Below, piece after piece: positions 12,013 to 23,289 of a stretch of DNA of 64,000 bases. Position 1 is the stretch's first letter. Each line of letters opens with the position of its first letter. The notes below the pieces were generated by a model. The model was not told the origin of the DNA. It ran no database searches and saw only the letters and a program-made list of their open reading frames with translations. Both the position numbers and the translations under genes were made by a program. This stretch comes from Balanoglossus misakiensis (Eukaryota; Animalia; Hemichordata). Where the stretch lies: positions 2,410,699-2,474,698 of the forward strand of contig CM082581.2 of assembly GCA_040954595.2 (NCBI GenBank), read 5' to 3'.

Positions 12013-14090
12013 TTAAAGCTGCAAGCAGCATTGAAGGGGCCCAAGCATAGAGTTAATAACCATTAGACTCCATTCAGGGTTGTACCATTCAAATGCGTAG
12101 GCTGTATTTGCTCTCGATGTTGAGATATGGGGAGTAGGCAACCACCTGAAATGCATGTCGTACAAGTACAAAAACAACAACCAAAGGTGAACTTCTACGT
12201 TGTAAGTACTTCAGTAAGTACTTCAAAGGTCAGCTGAGGGTACCCAAAAATTGGACCAAAAATTTTGATTCTTATTTGGTTCATATTCAAGACAACGGAA
12301 AATCCTCGCCCTTTGAGTTGGTCAAATTAGGTATGACCATAAAATGAGTTACGCAAGTAAGTTACAGGTGGCCCCAGGAATTTAGCATTTCATGACGCAG
12401 AGGTCCTACCCTACCCCTCCAAACACCTGGCTATATATGATTTGCATGCTAACATATGGAAAGCAGGTCAATGGACACCTGAGGTCAACCAAATATTTGA
12501 CAAAAAAATTTCATTCCTGTTTATGTCATGTGCAACAAATCCTACATTTGCAGCCCTTTCACTTTGCCTACCATTAGGTATGCACGGAATACATGAATCA
12601 AGCAGGTGTCACAGGTATCCTCATGTATTTGGCATTTCATGATAGTTTCATCCCTCCAAATACCAAAGCTGCACCTGTACAACGTGCTGAGATATGGCAC
12701 TGTACGACAGAGGTCATCCAAATCACCTTATACATTTGGGCAAAAACCAACTGACACTTACATTCGTCCGTGTGGAACAAAAACCACACATATCGCCCTG
12801 TTGGTTAGTGTTCAATTAAATGTACAAAATCAATGACTTCGGCAGGTGCAACGGGTGACCCCGCCTTTGGTATATCATTATGGTCCCATCCGTATATCCC
12901 CCCCCCCCCCCACCACGCCAAAGCTGCATGCATCTGCTGTTATTCACTAAGCAAAAGTAGGTGAAATGTCACATAAGGTCGCCCACAACTTGACAGGAAA
13001 ATCGGACTTCATATTGATCCATGTGCAACAAATACCATGCTAGCATCCCTTTCATTGACCCCACAATTACGCATGCACGTAATAGAGTTACGCAGGTGTC
13101 ACAGGTGACCCCCGAATCGGGCGTATTATTTTGGTCCCATAGAGCTGCATGAAGCTGCGTGCCATTACGGGCGACATGATAACCCCCACGGCCACCTGCG
13201 GGCCGAACCCCATACTGAACGTTCAGTTGCAACGTCACGACTGAAGTAGGAACATTTGAACGGCAACGAAGCCTGATCTCTGATTATTGCTGGTACCATA
13301 CTCCCTTTGTGCAAGAAAATCACTGGTCTGCTTATGTATTTCGGCCAATTTCCCGAACTACTATCCACTACATGTGACTACCTAAATGCTAATGAAACCT
13401 CCCACAACATTAGCGACTGAGGGTCAAAGTCCGCTGCCGCATTACATTGAATGTTAACCAGTGTAGCCGGGGCTGCAGAGACACATTTAAACGGCAACAG
13501 CTAACAAACTCAGCGTAATTCAATAAATCGCCCTAACACAGCCTGAACTCCGATAATTTTCCCAAAATTCATTCTGTGGAAAATAATCACTGGTCTGTTT
13601 ACGTATTTCAGCCGATTTTCCAAGGACTACTGCAACCCTCCTGCTAATGAGATCTCCACAACATTACGTAATGACGGTCAAAGTCCGATGCCCCAGTGTT
13701 TGTCCTCAGCCCACCAAAAAATGCGAAAAATATTACAAAAATCTTCTCAAAATCGACGTGGCCTAGGACCTTAAAATTTGGCACAGGGGATTTTGGCCAC
13801 ATGGTCTACGAAAATCGCGAAACGAATGTACATGCCCCCATTAACGTGCAAATTAGGTCAATTTGAAAATTTCGCTCGATTATAGCCACCAAGTCACGTG
13901 ACTAATTACAAATTCAAAGGGCAGGTGCACTAGTACTCATGGGCCCCAACCACCGTGCCAAGTTTCATAGGCGTAGACCCAGGGATTTTTTAGCAAAACG
14001 GGAGCAAAAAAACGACTCAAGAAGAAAGAAGAAAAACTCCAGCAATAACAGAAGGGGACCAAGCGCCCTCAGGCACTTGGTCCCCTAAAA
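12013..14090 (+). mobile_element. Second Helentron/HINE-like non-autonomous element
   Basis: 5' AAAGCTGCAAGCAGC..GAAGGGGCCCAAGC; 3' hairpin AGGGGACCAAG...CTTGGTCCCCT (14053-14086) followed by AAAAA. Contains degenerate internal repeats related to those of the 5805-7082 element. Confidence 0.7.
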
Positions 14091-14300
14091 ATGAAATATC
14101 AGCCTTGAAAAAGAAGTCTGAGTGCAAACTAGCACAGAATTAATAGTGACATCATCGGTGGCACACAGAAACTGAGGATCAATAATTAGTTCATTGGCGC
14201 ATCATCTTACTTGTAATGGTATATGTTGTGGGAGCTGCAAGCCGTTATGTTTTACTACCACAAATAAATTGATGCTAATTGATTATTCATAAAAGTACAC

Positions 14301-16612
14301 AGTTCCATATCTACACTGAGTAGTGTTGTTTAAGGCGTCGGCGATTTTAGGGTGGGTGGGTGGGTGCTCTCTGTCATGCTCCGCCGTGAGAAGGCATGGG
14401 CACTACATCTGGGTAGAACCTTATATACCAGACCTCATGCATATTCATATATAGTAAACCAATCACTACGCAGTGTAGCTAGTTCCCCATCTACACTGCG
14501 TAGTGTTGTTTAGTTTGATTTAGTTTGATTTAGTGGTCGAGGGTCCCTTGCCTCCTCTCTTGGTCTCTCGACCGTACCCCAAAAACATACCCCTCTCCAA
14601 TACTCATCACGCACATCCACAAATACCACACAGAGCTGAAAAGGTAAAAAAAACCTCAATTCAATATCTTTCGTAATCAAAACGACAATCAATTGGTTTT
14701 TGTTTTTGTTTTTGTTTTGTTTTTGTTGTTTTTTTTTTTGGGGGGGGGAACATAATAAACCGGGCATAGGGTTAGAAACCCCCGCCTAGTTGAGACAGAA
14801 GGGACTGTAATTAGACTACAGTACACCTCCCCCAGGCACGCCCCCATTTCCCCACATGTGCAAATGTGCAAACCATTCATACAGCAACAGAACATTTTAC
14901 ATTACGTTCTTATTTTCCTTTAATCATCATTATCAATTCTGTGTTACAATACAATAGACACTATAGAATTCCAGCCAAGGTGTCCGCTTTATATCATATG
15001 TAGCCATACATCAGGCAGGCAAATCACCGTAAACCTGTACTAATAGCAATAACCTATTTGGTATCTCTACCTGAACGGGAACGGTAATATTCCCTTCTCC
15101 CATCATCATATCTATCAAATCTATCGTAGCGATCATACCTATCACGTCTACCATAACAAAACCTAGCTATATGTCCAATTCTATTACACTTCCAACATCG
15201 CAAACTTGATCTTTCTCTATTCTCTCTGCGACCAGCATTTAAATGGGTATTACTAACGGCTTTCTTCACTTTTGCAATTTTCTCTAAGATCTCTGCATGT
15301 TCACCTGATCCAAGTAGGGAAAGCAACATCTGAGGCATAGCGGGTGATTGCCTCTCTTTACGCAGAGCCCGTAACATGGCTACGTATTTATGATAGTCCT
15401 TATGTCCTATATCCATCGATATGTCCACGAGCATTTCCAGGCGAGCCAAAGCTTCTTCTGGACTAAAAGCCGCTTCGTCCCGTTCAGCATACAACCGCAA
15501 CTCTGTCAGATATCTTTCGAACCTGTCGTAGGATTCCAGTCGAGGGCCACTTGACATCTCCGGTCTTCGAGTATGTGCGGGTCCCTGCAATGCACCAATC
15601 AAAGCATAAACCTTAGCACCTGGGGTACGCCGCACGTTTAGCGTGTAATTTACATGACAATTACTTCTGGCCACACCCATTCACAGTCAGCCTGCAATAT
15701 TTTCCTCTGCAGCAGTCATATTCATTCCAACTAGCGCTCGATAATTCGTCAACCCAAATGTTACAACCTGCCATGACCAATCCGACTACCTTTTCACATT
15801 ATGTAACGAGTACACCGATTCCAGACTCGTCAAACCCAAATACGAAAAGAAAAACACTTGGGGACGACTCATTACCTTCATTACCATTCATTACAGTCTC
15901 AGGTTTTTCATGGGGACGACTCAAGTTTCTTCTCCATTAACAACGGTAAATTCGTCAACCCAAAACCGTATTTCATAACTTTCCATGGGGACGACTCAAT
16001 ACTCAGTTTCTTCGCCATTAACAACTGTCAATTCGTCATACCCACAACCATATTTATAACTCTTCATGGGGACGACTCAATAATCACTTCTCTTTCGTCA
16101 GACCCAAATACATCACATTCTCATTCGAAATGACTCCAGTCCCAGTTCCCGATTATATCTTCGGTCTTGAACGCAGAATATCAGAATACAAGCTGGCTGT
16201 GGAAAGACAACACAGCAAAATGCACCAAATAATATTCGATCTGCAAGGTGAAACTTGCCGCATCGACTGGTTGCACTTGGCTGGTACCCGTTGAGGCTGT
16301 TCAGGTACTGGTAAGAGCGACAGTAGCATTGGTGGTAGTGGCAGTCGCAGTCCTGGTTGTAGACATTCTACTCACAGCCAAAGTATTGAGAACTGGTGTT
16401 TGCAGTGCTGTTACAACTGTTGCTTTTGTGGTTGGAGTTGCCATTCTGAATTCCACCTAGAAAACTTGATGACGAGCGAGGTACAAGGAATATGCTCTCT
16501 GTCACGCTCCGCCGTGAGAAGGCATGGGCACTACATCTGTGTAGAACCTTATAAACCAGACCTCATGCATATTCATATATAGTCAACCAATCACTACGCA
16601 GTGTAGCTAGTT
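14301..16612 (-). mobile_element. Non-autonomous DIRS/Ngaro/PAT-type YR retroelement with split direct repeats, gag only
   Basis: Repeat A at 16493-16612 and 14365-14484; repeat B at ~14481-14512 and ~14301-14332. Order on the - strand is A1-gag-B1-A2-B2. No RT or YR ORF. Confidence 0.7.
15054..15680 (-). CDS. gag-like protein with CCHC zinc knuckle
   Basis: 208-aa ORF (likely start MSSGP) with CWKCNRIGHIARFC and an R/D/Y-rich tail, inside the split-repeat element. Confidence 0.7.
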   Translation of the reverse strand: MGVARSNCHVNYTLNVRRTPGAKVYALIGALQGPAHTRRPEMSSGPRLESYDRFERYLTELRLYAERDEAAFSPEEALARLEMLVDISMDIGHKDYHKYVAMLRALRKERQSPAMPQMLLSLLGSGEHAEILEKIAKVKKAVSNTHLNAGRRENRERSSLRCWKCNRIGHIARFCYGRRDRYDRYDRFDRYDDGRREYYRSRSGRDTK

Positions 16613-17756
16613 TTTGGAACTACTGCCGGCAGTGTAAAAACCCTAGCTAGTAACCTGCGGGTGAAACAAGGCAACACTCGGTAGCTCCCGGGAACAGTTC
16701 AATTTCATGGTTATATAATTACATGTGCGGGTCCAGTGAAAAAATGGGTCCCGTGAACATTCCCAAATTTATGCCTCGTCACCAAGGTCCTTGGAAAGAG
16801 GCACATATTAAAACAGGCACTTAGTCTGGTATTTTGCTTTGTCAACTTTGGACAAGCTTTACCCTTGCATGCCCCGTGAGTCACAATGCACATCAGGCAT
16901 CAACATAACTTTAAAACACGATGACTTTTACACCGTGTGTAGGTTATATTATTGATTGCTACAATATTTTCAGTGTTTGGGTGTTAAAATGAACTCAGGT
17001 GGCTGGCAGTTGAAACACTGCTGAACAAACAGCTTCATGTCAATATAATCCAGGCATCATCACTGAAGAGGTGTGAATGAGCGAAGGCATTTAAGGGACT
17101 CCTCTGTGCAAACACTGCCCTGGCTACCAGTTTTGAAGTTATATGATAAAGTGTATCACATCGACAGGCAATGCCCTTTACTGTAAGATGTTAAGTGTTA
17201 CGTTTTTTGTGCTTTATTTTTCATAGCAATGGTGAAAAAAATAGTTTTTGGTGAATATAAAGCAATATTTTTTTTTTCAGTTTCCATCGTGACGTGAAGA
17301 ATCATGATGTTTATCAACCAATGAAATAGTATATAGCGATATATAAAAATGTCCTAATTGCTTGGAAAACTACATCCAACTATAACCTTCAACACTCCAT
17401 ATGCAACACGTATTCAAAGCATAGTATGTTTCCACACTGAAAATGAATTACCTGGACTAAACTTCACAGTGGGTTATTAACAATGCACAGATTAGATAAT
17501 TTGACATAATAGTCAAAGGCTGATATTTGTCACTGTGTGTGACCAGGGTATCATTTTAAACACATACTGGACTTTGACTACTATGTCTGTTATGTTACAG
17601 GGGTCATAGGTCATGGCGCTGGAGTGAACAGTGTGGTCACACCGTCACTAAAAGCAGGTCGAAATTTCATGGTAATAGTCCACCAGGTTTAACATTTGTC
17701 ATTACTGTTACTGAGTTAAAGTTACCTAGAACGCTTGTAGCGGACCTGGAAGTGAT

Positions 17757-18506
17757 ATGGCAAACGCAACCCGAAATAAGAGCAAAAAAGTCGGTACGGA
17801 CAACCAAGACATCGCAGCGTACTTCAAAGATGGCGGCGGTACATCAGAACCGGGCGTGCGAGAAGGTGAGAGTGGCTTCTCTCGTGACTCGCTGAAAGCC
17901 TTAATGAAGGAATGTCTGCAGGACTTAGAGGAGAAAGTGGGCTCGATATCTGACCGGGTTTCAACGATTATAACTGAACAACGAAAGCTGTCTGAAAGAA
18001 TGGAACTTGTTGAAACGAAATACACTGAACTTGAAAAGGCCATGCAGTATGCAGATGACGACATAGATATGCTGAAGGGAGAGAACGTGGAGTTGAAGGC
18101 AGACTTTCAGAAACTTCAAACAAAATTAGAGGAGTTTACCAAAAGAAATGAACAAGTTGACAGTTCGGTGACAAGGCTTGAAAGATACTCCCGAAACTAC
18201 AATCTCCGTATTGGAGGCATACCCGAAAAAGAAGATGAAAATTGCGTTGAAACCATAAAGAGACTCGCTGCAGAAAAGTTCAAGATGGCGGACATTTTGA
18301 TTGACAATGCCCACCGCAGTAAATCTGGCAAACCGAGGCATATCATCGTTAAACTCCCTCTTCGATTACAGCGGAGTGAACTACTGAGAAACTGGCGTAC
18401 GGCTTTCAGAGGTACGGACATTTTTGTCAAACCAGACTTGTGCCCAGCGGACTATAAAGTCAAGGAAAGCCTCCGTACAACGAAAAAAAGAAAGTCAAGT
18501 TCGTAA
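17757..18506 (+). CDS. LINE ORF1p (coiled coil + L1-type RRM)
   Basis: Heptad-rich N-terminal half followed by SRNYNLRIGGIPE, AHR and PRHIIVK motifs typical of L1/Tx1 ORF1; C-terminus probably frameshifted. Confidence 0.85.
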   Translation: MANATRNKSKKVGTDNQDIAAYFKDGGGTSEPGVREGESGFSRDSLKALMKECLQDLEEKVGSISDRVSTIITEQRKLSERMELVETKYTELEKAMQYADDDIDMLKGENVELKADFQKLQTKLEEFTKRNEQVDSSVTRLERYSRNYNLRIGGIPEKEDENCVETIKRLAAEKFKMADILIDNAHRSKSGKPRHIIVKLPLRLQRSELLRNWRTAFRGTDIFVKPDLCPADYKVKESLRTTKKRKSSS

Positions 18507-19012
18507 ATGGTCAACTCTACATCAACAACTCAAAATACACGCCTTCACCACAAGATTACCAGCAAAGACATTGACTTGTTTATCATATCCTTTTGATGTC
18601 AGTGTGAGAGCAATGTCGCTACTGGTGATCAGTCCTCTTTTACTTGTCTGTATACATGGACACCTGCCATTAGAGAAATGCTTTTTGTTGACCTGTTATT
18701 CGATGTTGTGATCATTCATGTCTTGTTTTTTCTCTCTCTCTCTTTTCTCATTTTACTGCATTAGTCAATTATGCTTTTGACTATGGTTATCGCTGTTGGG
18801 GAGATATTCTTTCCCCACACCTCCCTAAATTGCTTTACGCCATGTACCAGATCCTCCACCTTGCCTGTTGTTGTTTTTTTTGTTTTGTTTTCGGTCTATG
18901 CTGAGCTCGTTGTAGAGTTCATTTTTTTCGTTTTTTCTTTTCTATTTTGAAAATTTTGGGAGATTTAGAAAAAATTCAGTGCATCTTTGTACAGTTATTT
19001 TCTGTCAAATTT

Positions 19013-22000
19013 GATGTCAGAGAACTATAATGTAATTTCAGCAAATGTGCGTGGTATTGCTAACTATAAGAAACGAAAAGGTGTTTTTCAGTGGTTGCAA
19101 AAGAAAAATCCAAATATCATTTTCCTTCAAGAAACTAATAGTGTGCCTAAAGATGAACAGCTGTGGCCAAGTCTACTCCCTGGCCATTTTATTTTTTCAC
19201 ACGGTACCTCCAATAGTAGAGGTGTACTTGTTATTTTTAGAAATGTACATTTCTCTATTTATAATGTAAGTACCGATAAAGATTGTCGGATTATTATTTC
19301 AGTAGATATTTTTGAAAAGCCGTATTTACTCATAAATTGTTATGGTGCAAATAATGAAACTGAGCATGTTTCATATCTTTCACAGATCACTGAAATGCTT
19401 TATGCTATGGAAGTAGAACCAGATAGAGAGATTATTTGGGTAAGGGATCATAATATGACTATAAATCCTAACTTGGACAGGAAAGGTGGAAACCCAACCA
19501 CGTGGAAAAAGTCAGCTACTATTTTGAGTGAGCTTTGTGCTAAATTTGATCTTTCGGATATTTGGAGAGTCCGTAATCCTTCCACGAGACGTTTTACCTG
19601 GAGCAAATTGCGTCCCGAGTTAATTCAGAGTCGTTTAGATTATTTCTTAGTGAGCAGCTCTCTGCAGCAAGCTGTCTCAGATACAGATATCATTTCTTGT
19701 AATTATAGTGACCATTCTGCAATTACTCTTTCCATTGGTGATAGTCGAGCCAGGCTTGGGCATTCCTACTGGAAGTTCAATAATAGCTTTCTTCTAGATG
19801 ATCAGTTTATCAAACTTATTTATGGCAACTTTGAAAATTGGGTAGATGAGTACCACTCTCAAGAGCCAATTCAAGTTTGGGATTTTTTGAAGTACAAAAT
19901 TAAGACAGCCTCTCTTTCTTATGGGAAACAAAAGGCAAAAGCTAGAAGAGATAATATTTCTGAGCTTGAGACCAAGCTTACCCATATGGAGGTAGCTCTA
20001 GCTTCTGATCCATCCAATGAGATTAGGGATGAGATTGAATGTATAAGAAAGGAATTGCAGATAGAATTAGATTACGTTGTTGAAGGTAGCATTATTCGTT
20101 CAAGAGCAAACTGGTATGAGCTGGGGGAAAAGAATACAAAGTATTTTCTTAGTTTGGAAAAGGCTAATTCTAAGAAGTCCCACAGTGTCCAAATTATAAA
20201 TGATGAAGGAAGGAGGATTACGGACTCTCAAGAGATTTTAGGAGAACTTAAGTCTTTTTATTCCAAGCTTTATCATAGTAAACAAAATCATTAAAATCTG
20301 AACTCCATTACTGACTTTTTCAACATGGTAAACTTGCCCATGTTAACTGATACAGATAGTGCCTCTTGTGATGGCCTCATCACTTATGATGAAGCGTTCC
20401 AGGCCCTCTCTAGTATGCCATCAAACAAAACTCCAGGTAATGATTGCCTGTCTGTTGAATTTTATATGAAATTTTGGCCTCTTATAGGTTACTATGTTGT
20501 TTATTCTTTAAACAAAGGTTATGAGATGGGTGTTTTGTCAAACAGTCAGAAGCAAGGTGTTATCACTCTCATTGAGAAAAAGGGTAAAGACAAACGTTTT
20601 GTTAAAAACTGGAGGCACATTACACTCTTAAATGTTGATTACAAGATTGGTGCGAAATGTATTTCTAGACATTTATACAAGATCTTGCATAATATTATTA
20701 ATGAGACCCAGTGTGCTTTTATAAAGGGTCGTCAAATAGGTGATTGTGTAAGAATCATAGATAGCATTTTGGAGTTTACAAAAATGGAAAACTTACCTGG
20801 TATTCTTATGGCAGTAGCTTTTGAGAAGGCTTTTGACAGCCTAGAATGGCCATTTCTGTATTGAAGCTTTAAATTTTGGCCCTTCTCTTATGAATTGGAT
20901 TCGCACTTTTTATTCACATCCAACCAGCTGTGTTCTTAATTGTGGCCTCTCAACAGGATATTTTGATTTACAGCGATGCGTTCGTCAAGGAGACCCTCTA
21001 TCCCCAGCTCTTTTTATCATTGGGTTGGAAGTACTTTTGTTGCTTTTCAACAAAATGATAATATTCATGGCATTGGTATATTAAACAAAGAAATCAAAAA
21101 TGCTGCATTTGCAGATGATCTGACATGTTTCTTGGCAGACGAAACATCTGCTGTGAATCTTATTTCTCTTTTAAACAATTTTCATTTAGCATCTGGTTTA
21201 TGTATAAATCGTAACAAAACGGAAGCTATGTGGCTTGGCAAATGGAGGCACAGAGAGGATAAACCTTTTGGTATAAAATGGCCAGAGATGCCAATTAAAA
21301 TTGTTGGCATTTTCTTTTCTTATAACCTTGCTGCTGCTTATAAAGAAAATATTAAAGGTCCCTTAGAATCTATGTCACGTTTGCTTTGCCACTGGCGGTC
21401 CAGAGGGCTTACCTTAATTGGTAAAATCCAGATTGTTAAAACATTGATAATTTCCAAGTTTCTGTACATTTTCAACCTTATAAATATCAAATTCTCAGAT
21501 ATCAAAACAATTAACAGTGTCATCCACAAATTTATTTGGAATGGCCCTGATAGGGTCAGCAGAAATACGATAATCGGTGATATTAGAGAAGGGGGAATAG
21601 GCATGATAGACATTTTTGCATTGTACAAAGCTTTTAAAATTTCATGGATTAAGCGCTACGTGTCTGAGACAAAGCTCCCATGGAAACTAATTTTGGATTT
21701 TTTTCTGCAACCAATTGGTGGCAGACTCATTTTCAGGTGTAACTACAGTGTAAAACCTCTTCCCATTCAACTACCAGACTTTGTCATTGAAATGTTGGAA
21801 TTTTGGAGTGACATTAATCCTTGTAATTATTTTGGTTTTACGCAACAAATCATTTGGAACAACAAAGAAATTCTCATTAACAATTGTTCAATTTTTAATA
21901 AGTTTTTCTTCCAAAAAGGTATAGTGTACATTGTAGACATCTTTAATCAATACAATAATTTGAAAACGTGGTTTGATTTATCTGCTATGGGATGTACTCT

Positions 22001-22720
22001 TAACCATCTTTTACAATGGCAAGGTATTTTACAGTCAATTCCATCAAATTGGAAGAAATGTAATGTGGAAGTAATTAGGCCAGAATTGCCTATCAGTGTA
22101 ATAATTTGTAACAAAGTTATGCCATTGAGGAAGTGTACGGTGAAAAATATTAGAAAACTTTTCACAGCAAGTTATGTAATTCCTCCAAAGAGTGTGCTGT
22201 ACTTTTCACAGTTTTTAACTGTGGACAAAAATGAGTGGTGTCACATTTTTGCACTACCATTCAAGGTCACAATAGAAACAAAATTGCAAGAGTTCCAGTG
22301 GAAGTTAAATCATAATGTTTTATATACAAACCGTATTTTGTTTCATATGAATCCTCCCAGAGTTAACAGTAGTCTTTGTACTTTTTGTCAAAAAGTCGAC
22401 GAGACCATTCTTCATCTATTTGTAGAGTGTGAATGTGTACAAACTTTATGGAGAAGCGTTTTGCTCCTGTGGGGCTCTGCACTTGATGCACCTCCTAATC
22501 TTTCCGCTAAACAAATTCTCTTGGGAGATGCATCTCTTAATTTACTTTTAAATCGCGTAATACTTGTCACAAAGAATACTATTTATGATTGTAAGGACTC
22601 CCTTCCTTCAATATTGTGAAAATAAATGTACGAATTATGAAGAAAGTGGAAATGTATATTGCCAAAAGAAATAAATGTATAGAGAATGCTTTACTGAAAT
22701 GGGAAAATTTTGATGTTTAA
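19013..22720 (+). pseudogene. LINE ORF2 (AP endonuclease + reverse transcriptase + CCHC), disrupted
   Basis: APE motifs SANVRG, IIFLQET, RLDYF, SDH; RT motifs WRHITLLNVDYK, FEKAFD, RQGDPLSP, FADD; zinc finger CTFC..ETILHLFVEC. Split over four ORFs by stops and frameshifts. Confidence 0.92.
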
Positions 22721-23289
22721 TGATATCTGTAACTTGAGAATCTCCTTTGAAATTGCATATACAACAATTTAATATATACCACAATTTAATATGTAATATT
22801 TGTTACTGAATCTGTATCTGTACCTTTAAATGTATCAGCATCTGTTTTTTGAGCGCTGTAAAATTCTTTATCTCCCAAATTAAATTAAATAAATTAAAAA
22901 AAAAAATGTCTGTTATGATATACCTATAATCTCACTATAGCATACCACATGCAATGCTTTGATAGAGCGCCCTCTAGCAGAGTTCATATGACATTGTAAG
23001 GTCATGATTTTTCCCGCGTTCATGGCTGCCATCTTGTACTAGCAGAACGTGCAGTTGTTGTGTTCGTGTTCCAGTTGAAGTTTCTCATGAAACGAGTTAC
23101 ACAAAACATTACCTGATCTCACCGAGTCAGTAAACATAACATGGTGACCCAGTGACGGTTGACATCAGAAGATGAGTGATACCCAATCCGAAGCAATTGG
23201 CGTAAGTTGACTTTTGATGTGAACACAGCCTAGCCTAATGTATAGCATATACCTAGCAACACACAGCGAGCACATTTCCCGAAACGACC

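Larger units (their letters stand above)
17595..22906 (+). mobile_element. Near full-length L1/Tx1-clade LINE
   Basis: ORF1, long inter-ORF spacer, ORF2 (APE-RT-Zn finger), poly(A) at ~22897-22906. Candidate 12-bp TSD ATGTCTGTTATG at 17583-17594 and 22906-22917. Confidence 0.9.

Noticed and set aside
16248-16460. Hydrophobic 70-aa + strand ORF resembling a membrane protein
   Set aside because: It is the antisense of a short Thr/Ala-rich stretch within the retroelement leader and has no independent support.
16613-17582. Possible host exon(s) in unique-looking sequence (also 28722-29270)
   Set aside because: Isolated splice-like signals only; no ORF or recognisable motif supports a gene.
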